From: Actinomycetaceae bacterium
Lineage (GTDB): Bacteria; Actinomycetota; Actinomycetes; Actinomycetales; Actinomycetaceae
DNA: 64,000 bases
Direction: 5' to 3'
Assembly (NCBI GenBank): GCA_030532405.1
Contig: JAUNLF010000004.1
Coordinates: 62,342 to 126,341, forward strand
Shown one piece after another: positions 53,708 to 63,869 of the stretch. The position numbers and the translations under genes are program-made. Position 1 is the first letter of the stretch. Each line of letters begins with the position of its first letter. Under the pieces are notes generated by a model. It saw nothing but the letters and a program-made list of their open reading frames with translations. It was not told the DNA's origin and did not search any database.

Positions 53708-54904
53708 ATGTCGGAGAAAACCACACTCGGTGTAGGTGTTATCAGCCTTGGATGGATGGGGCGTTTGCACACACGTTCTTACAAAGCACTCGCAGAACGC
53801 TTCCCTGAACTCGATGTCAATATCCGCCTTGTAAGTTGCGCGGATCCGATTGCCGAAAACCAAGACTGGGCGGTAAACGCCCTCGGATTTGAAAAGGCAA
53901 CCGCCGACTACATGGATGTGCTGAATGATCCCGAGGTGCAGGTAGTTTCCATTTGTTCCCCAAACTATCTACACCACGAGATCGCACTGGCCGCAGCCAA
54001 GGCTGGCAAGCCCTTCTGGATCGAAAAGCCCATGGGTGTATCGGCTGAAGAGTCAAAGGAAATCGCGCAGGCTGCCCAGGCGGCTAACCTGGCCACGGCG
54101 GTTGGTTTTAACTACCGTCACACGCCCGCAATCCAGCGCGCCCGCGACTTGATTCGCAACGGGGAGCTCGGACGTATTACGAATGTTCGCTGCTGGTTGA
54201 TCGCCGACTACGCGTCCGCACCGGAAGGTCCGCTCACGTGGCGTTACGACCGCAAGCGCGCTGGCGCGGGCGTTGTTGGTGACCTGATGTCCCACGGTGC
54301 CGACCTGGTGCAGTACCTGGTCGGACGCATCGACTCCGTGTCCGCCCTTACCGACACGTTTATCACCGAGCGTCCAATCCCAACCAAGGTCGGCGTCGGC
54401 CACACCGGTTTCGAGGTCGGCGACGAGGTGGGTCCGGTTGGTAACGAAGACTACGTAGCCGTCCTGCTCCGCACCGAAAACGGAGTGGTAGGCACCCTTG
54501 AATCCTCGCGCGTATCCGTTGGTCCGCGCGCCGAATACATCATCGAGGTTTACGGAACCGACGGTTCTATTCGCTGGAACTTCGAGCATCTTAACGACCT
54601 GGAGGTTTGCGTCGGTCGAGATAACGGACCTAACCAGGGTTACATTCGCGCGATGGCATCCGGCGATTTTGGCTACTTTGATAGGTTCCAGCCCGGTGCC
54701 GGAACTTCGATGGGCTTTGATGACATGAAGGTTGTTGAAGCCAAGCTGTTCATTGAATCAGTTCTTACCGGTCAGCAAGTTGCTCCCTCTGCTGCTGACG
54801 GTTGGGCTGCAGCGGAAGTTGATGATGCGACTGTGAAGTCCGCGGAGGACGGACAGTGGCACAAGGTCGCGCGGGTGGAAGGCCCAACGACATTCGACAA
54901 GTAG
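53708..54904 (+). CDS. Gfo/Idh/MocA family oxidoreductase
   Basis: GVGVISLGWMGRLH and FWIEKPMG. Confidence 0.8.
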   Translation: MSEKTTLGVGVISLGWMGRLHTRSYKALAERFPELDVNIRLVSCADPIAENQDWAVNALGFEKATADYMDVLNDPEVQVVSICSPNYLHHEIALAAAKAGKPFWIEKPMGVSAEESKEIAQAAQAANLATAVGFNYRHTPAIQRARDLIRNGELGRITNVRCWLIADYASAPEGPLTWRYDRKRAGAGVVGDLMSHGADLVQYLVGRIDSVSALTDTFITERPIPTKVGVGHTGFEVGDEVGPVGNEDYVAVLLRTENGVVGTLESSRVSVGPRAEYIIEVYGTDGSIRWNFEHLNDLEVCVGRDNGPNQGYIRAMASGDFGYFDRFQPGAGTSMGFDDMKVVEAKLFIESVLTGQQVAPSAADGWAAAEVDDATVKSAEDGQWHKVARVEGPTTFDK

Positions 54905-55048
54905 GTGGTCTCGCCCGTTCGCGGGCGCGATTTACCGTTAGAGCCGTCAGTCCTGAAAGTGTTGCCGACCTTAGTTAGCAGTTAAGAGACGCGCACACTT
55001 AAACATTCTTTGACCATGGCACTGATGCCATTAAAATCGGGAGATCTC

Positions 55049-56701
55049 ATGTCTAATAACAGTGCGCCTGAACTCGGCCTTAACTCGAGTTCAAGTGACA
55101 TCAGAAAAGCGGTATCGGCAACGAAGCCGGCTGGTAAGCACCGCTCCGTTGGTTTTGTAGCTTTCGTGGCTACTTTGGGTGGATTCCTATTCGGCTATGA
55201 CACCGGCGTAATTTCCGGTGCGCTCCCATACATGTACATGCCGCTTGGCGCGGGTGGCCTTCACTTAACTGCCGGCGAAGAGGGCGCAGTTGGTGCAACG
55301 CTTCTTATCGGTGCCGCGTTTGGTGCGCTTATCGGTGGTCGCATGTCCGACCGTTGGGGCCGCCGGCACAACCTGTTGATGCTCGCCGCCCTATTCCTGG
55401 TTGGTGCTGTTGGAACCGCGCTGGCTCCAAATATTTGGATTATGTACATCTTCCGCGTAATTCTTGGTTTCGCGGTCGGTGGCGCATCGGCTACAGTTCC
55501 GGTCTACCTGTCGGAGACGGCTCCGAAGCGTATCCGCGGCACGATTGTTGCCGTTGACCAGCTGATGATTGTTACCGGTCAGTTGATGGCCTTCACCTTT
55601 AACGCAATCATTAACGCCATTTACGGTGGTCCGACGCTTGAGATTGCGGAAGATCCCAGTGGTCAACTACAGCCGGGCGTGCAGTCTTTCGACAACGTGA
55701 ATAGTTTGGCAGCTTCGCGCGGTGGTGACTTGGCCTCCGCTGACTGGTACTCCTACCTGGACCAGCTGGTGGTCGTTGGTGGCAACGGTTCGGGTTGGCG
55801 CCTGATGCTTATCCTCTGTTCGATCCCGGCAATCGCGCTGTGGATTGGAATGCGCCTAATGCCCGAGTCGCCCCGCTGGTACGCTGCAAATGCGCGCTAC
55901 TACGAAGCGATCGCGTCGCTCAAGCAGGTCCGTGTTGAGGACAAGGACGGCAAGGTTGAGGACGAGGTTGGCCAGATCCTTGAGCTCCAGCGCGAACGTC
56001 AACACGAGCAGAAGGGCACGTTCAAGGACATCTTCCAGACCCCTTGGATTAGGAAGCTATTCTTTGTAGGCGTATTCGTTGCAATCACGAACCAGACTAC
56101 GGGTGTGAATACCGTAATGTACTACGCGCCCAAGGTACTGCAGTACGCGGGCATGGGCACTTCCGCGGCTATTACCGCGCAGGTTGCTAACGGCGTCATG
56201 TCGGTTATCGGCTGTGTTATCGCCCTGTGGCTGATCGGCGCGTTCCGTCGCCGCCAGATTCTGATCACGTGCCTTAGCTTGGTGTTTGTCACTCTAGGCA
56301 TTATCGCAACCCTGTTCCAGTTCACGATTCAACCCGCTATGGATAACCACAGCGCGCCGCCGGCCTGGGCGCCGTTCGTCATCCTGGCGATGATGGGTGC
56401 GTTTATGCTCGTCGTTCAGGCGGGTAACGGCCCGGTTGTTTGGACCATGATGGGCGAGATGTTCCCGTCTAGGGTTCGCGGTATTGCAAACGGTTCGGCC
56501 GTGTTCATCCTGTGGATCATGAATGCAATCGTTACCTTCACCTTCCCGAAGATGATGGAGTCCTGGGGTGGCGGTCCCACCTACGGTTTCTACGCCGTGT
56601 TGAACCTGGTGTTTGCCGTTATCCTCTACAAGATCATGCCGGAAACCTCCGGCCGCTCCCTGGAGGAGCTGGAGGAGTACTTGAAGGAGCGCTACTCTTA
56701 A
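55049..56701 (+). CDS. MFS sugar porter (inositol transporter candidate) with enlarged TM5-TM6 loop
   Basis: GGRMSDRWGRR, PVYLSETAPKRIRG and PESPRWY are sugar-porter signatures. The ATG at 55049 is preceded by GGGAG. Confidence 0.8.
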   Translation: MSNNSAPELGLNSSSSDIRKAVSATKPAGKHRSVGFVAFVATLGGFLFGYDTGVISGALPYMYMPLGAGGLHLTAGEEGAVGATLLIGAAFGALIGGRMSDRWGRRHNLLMLAALFLVGAVGTALAPNIWIMYIFRVILGFAVGGASATVPVYLSETAPKRIRGTIVAVDQLMIVTGQLMAFTFNAIINAIYGGPTLEIAEDPSGQLQPGVQSFDNVNSLAASRGGDLASADWYSYLDQLVVVGGNGSGWRLMLILCSIPAIALWIGMRLMPESPRWYAANARYYEAIASLKQVRVEDKDGKVEDEVGQILELQRERQHEQKGTFKDIFQTPWIRKLFFVGVFVAITNQTTGVNTVMYYAPKVLQYAGMGTSAAITAQVANGVMSVIGCVIALWLIGAFRRRQILITCLSLVFVTLGIIATLFQFTIQPAMDNHSAPPAWAPFVILAMMGAFMLVVQAGNGPVVWTMMGEMFPSRVRGIANGSAVFILWIMNAIVTFTFPKMMESWGGGPTYGFYAVLNLVFAVILYKIMPETSGRSLEELEEYLKERYS

Positions 56702-56736
56702 ACAGCACTTCTGAGATGAAGTACTCATGATGAAGA

Positions 56737-56773
56737 CCGCCCCGGTGCTCTCCCCAAATTTGCACCGGGGCGG
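56737..56773 (+). terminator. Stem-loop after the MFS transporter gene
   Basis: CCGCCCCGGTGC / GCACCGGGGCGG form a 12-bp perfect stem with a 13-nt loop. Confidence 0.5.
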
Positions 56774-56962
56774 CCTCATGCGCTCGTACGTCGATATGTA
56801 AACACAAGCGCAGCTAAGATAGTAGGCGGACCAACATTTCGGCAGTCGGGTCCGGGCATTACGGGTTACAAATAAAACCCTAAAAACTCAAGAACTACAA
56901 CTGCAAGCCCCGTCGACCAGCCGTAATTGCTGAAATTGCGCCAAAAACCCAGAACTTTGAAA

Positions 56963-57006
56963 TGTTATAACAAATGCTTGACATTGTGATGAGTTAGAGG
57001 CAAACT
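56963..57006 (+). promoter_or_regulatory. Candidate iolC promoter with adjacent palindrome
   Basis: Perfect palindrome TGTTATAACA (56963-56972), followed directly by TTGACA (56978-56983). A weak -10 (CAAACT) lies 17 nt further on. The site is about 115 nt upstream of the iolC GTG. Confidence 0.25.
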
Positions 57007-57121
57007 TGTAGGTGAGCGAGTTTAAAGCGAAGGCGCTTAAAGTCCTAAATCGCAATGTTGCGGACGGTCTTAGGCGTTAAACGCAATCAAATTTGCCCCA
57101 GTGTTGTGGAAAGGAGCCCCC

Positions 57122-58108
57122 GTGGGCACGCAAGAGCAAAACATTTTCGACGTCTTGACCATCGGTCGCAGCGGCATTGACATTTACCCGCTACAGACGG
57201 AAGTTGGGCTGGAGGACGTAGAGTCTTTTGGTAAGTTCCTCGGAGGGTCCCCCATGAACGTCGCGGTAGCTGCGGCGCGCATGGAGCATTCATCCGCAAT
57301 CATCACCGGTGTGGGCGACGACCCCTTCGGCAACTTCGTGCGCAGGGAAATGAAGCGCCTCGGCGTATCCGATCGCTACGTTGTCACCAACCAAAACTTC
57401 AATACGCCGGTCACGTTTTGCGAAATCTTCCCGCCCGACACTTTCCCCCTGTACTTCTACCGCGAGCCGTCAGCACCCGACCTGGAACTAACCGAGGGTG
57501 ACATTCCGCTTGAATCAGTTAAGAACGCAAAGATCTTCTGGCTATCCGTAACCGGCCTGTCCGTTGAGCCCTCGCGTTCCGCGCACCACTTCGCCCTCGA
57601 CGCACGCGCCAAAAAAGGCTGGACTATCGCCGACCTGGACTACCGCGACATGTTCTGGGAAAGCGAAGAGCTGGCAACCCAAGAAGTTGGCCGCATGCTA
57701 GAAAAAGTTAACGTCGCTGTGGGCAACAAGGAAGAGTGCCGCATCGCAGTCGGAGAAACCGAGCCGGATCGCGCCGCGGACGCGCTCCTAGAGCGCGGCA
57801 TTGAACTCGCAATCGTCAAGCAAGGCCCCAAGGGAACCCTGGCCAAGACAGCCGATGAGCGCATCGAAGTGCCAGTAACCCCCGTGGAGGTCTGCAACGG
57901 CCTCGGCGCCGGAGACTCATTCGGCGGATCACTTTGCCACGCGCTATTGGAAGGCTGGGACATTCCTCGGGCAATCCAGTTTGCATCCACCGCAGGCGCC
58001 ATCGTCGCGTCCCGACTCGAGTGCTCCACGGCCATGGCGACCGAGGCGGAAGTGCTCGAAATGATCGAAAAGAATCCGCAGTCAGCACCAGTTGTAGAGA
58101 GTCTATAG
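57122..58108 (+). CDS. iolC: 5-dehydro-2-deoxygluconokinase (PfkB family)
   Basis: PfkB motif NGLGAGDSFGG. The GTG at 57122 is preceded by AAAGGAG. It is the first gene of the iolC-(aldolase)-iolB-iolD run. Confidence 0.8.
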   Translation: MGTQEQNIFDVLTIGRSGIDIYPLQTEVGLEDVESFGKFLGGSPMNVAVAAARMEHSSAIITGVGDDPFGNFVRREMKRLGVSDRYVVTNQNFNTPVTFCEIFPPDTFPLYFYREPSAPDLELTEGDIPLESVKNAKIFWLSVTGLSVEPSRSAHHFALDARAKKGWTIADLDYRDMFWESEELATQEVGRMLEKVNVAVGNKEECRIAVGETEPDRAADALLERGIELAIVKQGPKGTLAKTADERIEVPVTPVEVCNGLGAGDSFGGSLCHALLEGWDIPRAIQFASTAGAIVASRLECSTAMATEAEVLEMIEKNPQSAPVVESL

Positions 58109-58112
58109 ACAG

Positions 58113-58976
58113 ATGAATTTGATCGAAAAGCTCACGGAGATTCGAACCTTCGAACCTTCGAAAATCGATGAGGCTTTGCAAAACAGGAAGCCGGGTCAGC
58201 TTCCGCGCGACCGTAACATCATGGTCATCGCGTGCGATCACCCGGCGCGCGGCGCCCTCGGGGCCGGTGGAGATCCAATGGCCATGGCATCGCGTGAAGA
58301 AGTCCTAGAACGCTGCGTCGAAGCCCTGTCCAGGCCCGGTGTAGATGGCTTCTTGGGCACGGCCGACATGATCGAAGACCTCGCGCTACTTGGGGCACTG
58401 GAAGGCAAACTCGTGTGGGGATCCATGAACCGCGCGGGCCTGCAGGGAGCGTCCTTCGAAATGGACGACCGCTTCAACTGCTACGACGCGCAAGGAATCG
58501 TCGATTCAAAGCTAGACGGTGGCAAGATGCTCACCCGCATCAACCTAGAGGACGCCAACACCGCCGCCACGCTGGAAGCCTCGGCGAACGCGATCGATGA
58601 ACTAAACGCGCGCAAAGTGATGGCCATGGTCGAGCCTTTCATCTCCAACTGGGTGGATGGCCGCATCGTTAACGACCTGTCCACCGATGCCGTGATCAAG
58701 TCGATTGCGATCGCGTCGGGGCTCGGACGCAGCTCGGCATACACGTGGCTAAAACTGCCGTGTGTTGACAACATGGAACGCGTAATGGAAGCCACCACGC
58801 TACCGTCGCTAATCCTGGGCGGCGAAGTCCCAGAAAATCCGGATCAAGCTCTGGAAGGATGGGCTAGTGCGCTGAAACTACCCAACGTGAAGGGTCTGGT
58901 TATCGGCCGGTCGTTGTTGTTCCCCGGCGACGGAGATGTCGCCAAGGCCGTCGACAACGCTACTGAACTACTGTGA
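58113..58976 (+). CDS. (beta/alpha)8 aldolase-like protein of iol clusters (probable DKGP aldolase role)
   Basis: 287 aa positioned between iolC and iolB. It resembles the protein found at this position in corynebacterial iol clusters (from memory). The function is inferred from context only. Confidence 0.55.
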   Translation: MNLIEKLTEIRTFEPSKIDEALQNRKPGQLPRDRNIMVIACDHPARGALGAGGDPMAMASREEVLERCVEALSRPGVDGFLGTADMIEDLALLGALEGKLVWGSMNRAGLQGASFEMDDRFNCYDAQGIVDSKLDGGKMLTRINLEDANTAATLEASANAIDELNARKVMAMVEPFISNWVDGRIVNDLSTDAVIKSIAIASGLGRSSAYTWLKLPCVDNMERVMEATTLPSLILGGEVPENPDQALEGWASALKLPNVKGLVIGRSLLFPGDGDVAKAVDNATELL

Positions 58977-58984
58977 GGATGAAC

Positions 58985-59866
58985 ATGAGCGATAACGATA
59001 AGTACGTAATCCGCGCGGGCGAAACCTCGCACGGCAACTTCGAGACAGACTTAACGATCGAGCGAGCCGGCTGGGAGTGGAGCGCCCTCGGCGTCCTCGC
59101 ACTGCCCGCCGGCGAAGCTGAGCAGGTCAACTCCGGTGAGACCGAACTGCTCGTCCTCCCACTAGAAGGATCGTGCACCGTCACTATCGCCGATCAGACT
59201 TACGAGCTTGCAGGCCGGGAGTCAATCTGGACCGGCGTCACCGACTACCTGTACGTTCCGCGCAATACGACCTTCGAAATTAAATCCGATAAAGGAGGGC
59301 GCTTCGCGCTCCCGGCCGCTAAAGCGACTGTAGACCTAGAGCCGCGATACTGCCCGACCGAAGAGGTCGTAACAATGGTTCGCGGCGCGGGGGACTGCTC
59401 GCGACAGGTGCACAACTATTCGATCGGTAACGAACTGAAGCCCTCCCACCTGCTTGCAACCGAGGTGTACACGCCCGGCGGAAACTGGTCGTCATACCCT
59501 CCGCACAAGCACGACGAGCACACCGAACAAGAACGGCAGCTGGAGGAGATCTACTACTACGAAATCCGCCCCGCCAAGAACGGCACCGAAGGCATGGCAA
59601 TCCAGCGGATCTACCCCTCCCCGGGAAAGCCGATTGACGTGTGCGCGGAGGTGCACTCGCGCGACATTGTGATCATGCCCTACGGCTACCACGGCCCGTC
59701 GATCGCGGCACCCGGCTACGACCTCTACTACTTGAACGTCATGGCAGGTCCGGCAGAAGACGCGCAGTGGATGGTCACCCTGGACCCGCACTACAGCTGG
59801 ATCAACGACGAACTAGATCCGAAAGACATCGACCCCCGACTGCCACTATTCCCCCTGGACAACTAA
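58985..59866 (+). CDS. iolB: 5-deoxy-glucuronate isomerase
   Basis: Cupin-type KduI/IolB-like sequence (YPPHKHDE...EIYYY). The ATG at 58985 is preceded by GAGGA. Confidence 0.8.
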   Translation: MSDNDKYVIRAGETSHGNFETDLTIERAGWEWSALGVLALPAGEAEQVNSGETELLVLPLEGSCTVTIADQTYELAGRESIWTGVTDYLYVPRNTTFEIKSDKGGRFALPAAKATVDLEPRYCPTEEVVTMVRGAGDCSRQVHNYSIGNELKPSHLLATEVYTPGGNWSSYPPHKHDEHTEQERQLEEIYYYEIRPAKNGTEGMAIQRIYPSPGKPIDVCAEVHSRDIVIMPYGYHGPSIAAPGYDLYYLNVMAGPAEDAQWMVTLDPHYSWINDELDPKDIDPRLPLFPLDN

Positions 59867-59894
59867 TAGTTGGCCCACCCCCAAAGGAGTGAAA

Positions 59895-61793
59895 ATGAAT
59901 CCAAACGTCGAAACAGTTCGCCTAACTGTCGGCCAGGCAACTATTCGTTTTCTGGTAAACCAGTTCGTCGAGCGCGACGGTCAAGAAGAACGTCTGATTG
60001 CCGGGGCATTCGGCATTTTCGGTCACGGCAACGTCGCCGGTATCGGACAGGCCTTGCTGCAAAACGAGCTTGACTCTGAGCCTGACGGCGGTGAAATGCC
60101 GTACTACATGCCGCGCAACGAGCAGGGCATGGTGAACGCGGCCGCCGCTTTCGCTAAGGCAAAGAACCGTCGCCAAACCATGATGTGCACGGCCTCGATT
60201 GGTCCGGGCTCGTTGAACATGGTTACGGGTGCGGCCCTTGCAACCACTAACCGCCTGCCGGTCTTGCTGTTCCCCTCCGACCAGTTCGCAACCCGCTACC
60301 CGGATCCGGTGCTGCAGCAGCTGGAGGACCCCACGACGCTGGATACTTCCGTAAACGACACGTTCAGGGTTGTCTCCAAGTTCTTTGACCGCATCAACCG
60401 CCCCGAGCAGCTGATCCCGTCGCTCATCAACGCGATGCAGGTGCTGACCAACCCGGCGGACACCGGCGCGGTTACCATCGCGATGCCGCAGGACGTTCAA
60501 GCCGAAGCGTTCGACTTCCCGGTCGAGTTCTTCCGCAAGCGCGTGTGGCACATTCGCCGCGCCCCCGCGGAGCCCGCGGCAATCGAGCGCGCCGCAGACC
60601 TCATTCGCGCGTCTAAGCGCCCCATGGTTATCGCCGGCGGTGGCGTCATTTACTCCGATGCCGCCGAAGAACTACGCGAGTTCGCAAAAGCCACCGGAAT
60701 CCCGGTTGGTGACACCCAGGCGGGTAAGGGCGCGATCAACTTTGACCACCCGCAAGCAATCGGCGGCGTCGGCTCCACGGGCGGCGACTCCGGCAACCAC
60801 ATTGCCGACAAGGCCGACCTGGTCATCGGCATCGGCACCCGCTACTCGGACTTCACCACGGCTTCGCGCACTCAGTTCAAGAACATGGACGTGAAGTTTG
60901 TAAACATCAACGTGCTACCGTTCGACGCGGTTAAGAACTCCGCCGAAATGGTCGTAGCAGACGCGCGCGAAGCCCTGAAGGCACTGACGGCAGCGCTCGC
61001 GGACTACCGCGTGTCTGACGACTACGAGCAGGAATACACTCGCGAGATTGAAGCCTGGCACAAGAAGACCCACGAGCTGTACCACCTTGGCCACGGGCCT
61101 TTGCCCAGCCAGGTAGAAGTGTTTGGCGCCCTCAACGAAATGATGGGTGACAACGACGTGGTGATTAACGCGGCCGGTTCGATGCCGGGTGACCTGCAGG
61201 CGCTGTGGCAGGCGCGTACTCCCGTCCAGTACCACGTTGAATACGCCTTCTCGTGCATGGGCTACGAAATCCCCGCCGGCCTGGGCGTCAAGTTGGCACT
61301 GCCCGAATCCGAAGTTGTCGCAATCGTGGGCGATGGCACGTACCAGATGCTTCCGATGGAACTTGCCACCGTTGTTCAAGAGGGCGTGAAGGTCATCTAT
61401 GTCCTCCTGCAAAACTACGGGTTCGCCTCGATTGGTGCGCTGTCGGAGTCGCGCGGATCGCAGCGGTTTGGCACTCGTTACCGTGCGGGCGGAGGACGTC
61501 CTCACAACGAAGAAGGCGAAGTGCTACCCGTTGACATTGCGGCGAACGCCGAGTCTTGGGGTCTGAAAGTATTCCGCGTGAAGACGATGGATGAGTTCCG
61601 CAAGGCGTACCGCGAGGCCGAGGCCTACGATCGCGCTTGCATGATCCACATCGAGACCGACCTGTACGGTCCGAATCCGCCCTCTTCATCGTGGTGGGAT
61701 GTTCCGGTTTCGCAAGAATCGCGCATCGAATCCACCCAGCAGGCCTACGGCGAGTACGTCGAGGCCAAGAAGGACCAGAGGCACTACCTCTAA
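59895..61793 (+). CDS. iolD: 3D-(3,5/4)-trihydroxycyclohexane-1,2-dione acylhydrolase (TPP enzyme)
   Basis: TPP motif GDGTYQMLPMELATVVQEGVKVIYVLLQNYGFASI within an ~630-aa acetolactate-synthase-like layout. The ATG at 59895 is preceded by AAAGGAG. Confidence 0.85.
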   Translation: MNPNVETVRLTVGQATIRFLVNQFVERDGQEERLIAGAFGIFGHGNVAGIGQALLQNELDSEPDGGEMPYYMPRNEQGMVNAAAAFAKAKNRRQTMMCTASIGPGSLNMVTGAALATTNRLPVLLFPSDQFATRYPDPVLQQLEDPTTLDTSVNDTFRVVSKFFDRINRPEQLIPSLINAMQVLTNPADTGAVTIAMPQDVQAEAFDFPVEFFRKRVWHIRRAPAEPAAIERAADLIRASKRPMVIAGGGVIYSDAAEELREFAKATGIPVGDTQAGKGAINFDHPQAIGGVGSTGGDSGNHIADKADLVIGIGTRYSDFTTASRTQFKNMDVKFVNINVLPFDAVKNSAEMVVADAREALKALTAALADYRVSDDYEQEYTREIEAWHKKTHELYHLGHGPLPSQVEVFGALNEMMGDNDVVINAAGSMPGDLQALWQARTPVQYHVEYAFSCMGYEIPAGLGVKLALPESEVVAIVGDGTYQMLPMELATVVQEGVKVIYVLLQNYGFASIGALSESRGSQRFGTRYRAGGGRPHNEEGEVLPVDIAANAESWGLKVFRVKTMDEFRKAYREAEAYDRACMIHIETDLYGPNPPSSSWWDVPVSQESRIESTQQAYGEYVEAKKDQRHYL

Positions 61794-61861
61794 CAGTTTC
61801 GGTGCTACCGGGCGGCAGGCGGCCACGGTCTGAATCCCACGGTGCACCCGAAGCACTATTT

Positions 61862-61896
61862 GATAGCCCGCGCACGCACAAGGTGCGCGGGCTATC
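61862..61896 (+). terminator. Stem-loop terminator candidate after iolD
   Basis: GATAGCCCGCGCAC / GTGCGCGGGCTATC form a 14-bp perfect stem. Confidence 0.6.
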
Positions 61897-62086
61897 ACTA
61901 TGCGCATTTCGCTGAAGTCGCGGTCAAAAACTATGGCATTGAAAACTAGGGGATGCCACACAACTTCTGCTATGTCACGACAAAGTAAGTATTTCGGGTT
62001 ACGATTGAAAGCGAAAGATAGTCCACTTGCCCAGATTTGTTTGAACAACTTAAGTCTGGTGTCCATGAACGCATAGAGGAGTTCAG

Positions 62087-63586
62087 ATGGAAATTATTTG
62101 CCAATGGATTAACGGAGAGTACTACGAAGGCAACCCCGACGGAGAGGTTGAAATCGAGAATCCGGCAACCGGTAAGATCGTTCGTAAAGCCCAGCTAACC
62201 AGCCAAGAAGACCTGGAATACGCGGTCAAGGTCGCCCGCAAGGCGCAGGAAGAATGGCGCAATATCTCGCTGGCAAAGCGCGTTGACATCATGTTCAAGA
62301 TGCGCCAGCTTCTGCTTGACAACCAAGACAAGATGGCCAAACTGATCGTAGAAGAGCACGGCAAAACCTACGGTGACGCAATCGGTGAAATCCAGCGCGG
62401 CCGCGAGACGATCGACTTTGCCTGCGGAATCAACGCAAACCTTAAGGGCGAGATGTCCTACAACATCTCGACTCGCGTAGACATTCACACTATCCGTCAG
62501 CCACTTGGCGTTGTGGGCGGCATTTGCCCGTTCAACTTTCCCGCAATGGTTCCAATGTGGATGCACCCGCTCGCGCTTGCAACCGGTAACGCGTTCATTT
62601 TGAAGCCGGCAACCACCACGCCGTCCGCCTCCTTGTTCACCGCTGAACTGTACAAGCAAGCCGGCCTGCCCGACGGTCTGTTCAACGTGGTTATTGGAGA
62701 CGTCCCGGTTGTGCAGGGCATGTTGAACCATGATGGAATCGACGCCATCTCGTTCGTTGGCTCAACCCCGGTTGCGCGCATCGTCCAGGAGACCGGCATT
62801 GCGAACGGCAAGCGTGTCCAGGCGCTTGGCGGCGCGAACAACCACGCGATCGTGATGCCCGACGCGGACCTCGAGTTCGCTGCCGAACACATTTCGGCCG
62901 CCGCGTTCGGCGCAGCCGGTGAGCGCTGCATGGCCCTGCCGGTAGTTGTCGCGGTTGGTGGCACCGGCGAGAAGCTCGCCGAACTGGTTGCCAAGCACGC
63001 TCGCAACATAACGGTTGGATCCGGTATGAACGAGAACACCGACATGGGCCCGGTCATCACCGCGGACGCCAAGAAGCGCATCATCGGCCTCATTGATTCG
63101 GCTGAAAAGGCGGGCGCGAAGATCGTCCTCGACGGCCGTGACCACGTTGTAGAAGGCTTCGAGGGCGGGCACTTCCTTGCCCCCACGATTGTCACCGACG
63201 TGCCGCTGGATAACGAGCTGTACACGAACGAAGTCTTCGGCCCCGTCCTCACGATCGTCGCCGCGAAAGACTACGAAGAAGCCATCAAGATCGTTAACGC
63301 GCAGCCGTTCGGAAATGGCTCCGCAATCTTCACCAACGACGGTGGTATGGCGCGCCGCTTCACCCAGGAAGTTGAGGCCGGCATGGTCGGCGTCAACGTT
63401 CCGATCCCGACCCCGGTTGCCTACTACAGCTTCGGTGGTTGGAAGAACTCACTAATGGGCGATACGCACATTCATGGCCCCGAGGGCGTAAAGTTCTACA
63501 CCCGCGCCAAGGCGATCACCACGCGCTGGCCCTCCGAGTCGGGCGCGTACCAGGCGACCATGTCGTTCGAGCGCGACGAGGAGTAG
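62087..63586 (+). CDS. iolA: CoA-acylating methylmalonate/malonate-semialdehyde dehydrogenase
   Basis: ALDH family with FVGSTPVA and the catalytic Cys in AGERCMA. The length (499 aa) and iol context fit. Confidence 0.85.
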   Translation: MEIICQWINGEYYEGNPDGEVEIENPATGKIVRKAQLTSQEDLEYAVKVARKAQEEWRNISLAKRVDIMFKMRQLLLDNQDKMAKLIVEEHGKTYGDAIGEIQRGRETIDFACGINANLKGEMSYNISTRVDIHTIRQPLGVVGGICPFNFPAMVPMWMHPLALATGNAFILKPATTTPSASLFTAELYKQAGLPDGLFNVVIGDVPVVQGMLNHDGIDAISFVGSTPVARIVQETGIANGKRVQALGGANNHAIVMPDADLEFAAEHISAAAFGAAGERCMALPVVVAVGGTGEKLAELVAKHARNITVGSGMNENTDMGPVITADAKKRIIGLIDSAEKAGAKIVLDGRDHVVEGFEGGHFLAPTIVTDVPLDNELYTNEVFGPVLTIVAAKDYEEAIKIVNAQPFGNGSAIFTNDGGMARRFTQEVEAGMVGVNVPIPTPVAYYSFGGWKNSLMGDTHIHGPEGVKFYTRAKAITTRWPSESGAYQATMSFERDEE

Positions 63587-63649
63587 CGGACGCTAGTTCG
63601 CCCACCCGGGTGTGACTAGCACGCCCCGGTTTTCTTGATTTACCGCTCA

Positions 63650-63694
63650 AAAGTCCGGTGCGAGGTTCTATGCAAGAGCCTCGTACCGGACTTT
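63650..63694 (+). terminator. Rho-independent terminator after iolA
   Basis: AAAGTCCGGTGCGAGG / CCTCGTACCGGACTTT form a 16-bp stem with one G-U pair, followed by ATTTTG. Confidence 0.75.
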
Positions 63695-63869
63695 ATTTTG
63701 CCCAAAATAGAGCGAGTTTCAATAAACGTTGTAACAAAGACTTCCAATTCGTTTCTTTGTGTTATATGCTATTAGCGCGCGCCAAAGAGTGGGGCAGTTA
63801 GATGTATTCACTCGTAGGCTCCAAATGTTAGGTCAAAGGGCTGAGCGTATCTCAAAGAGGAGACTAAAA

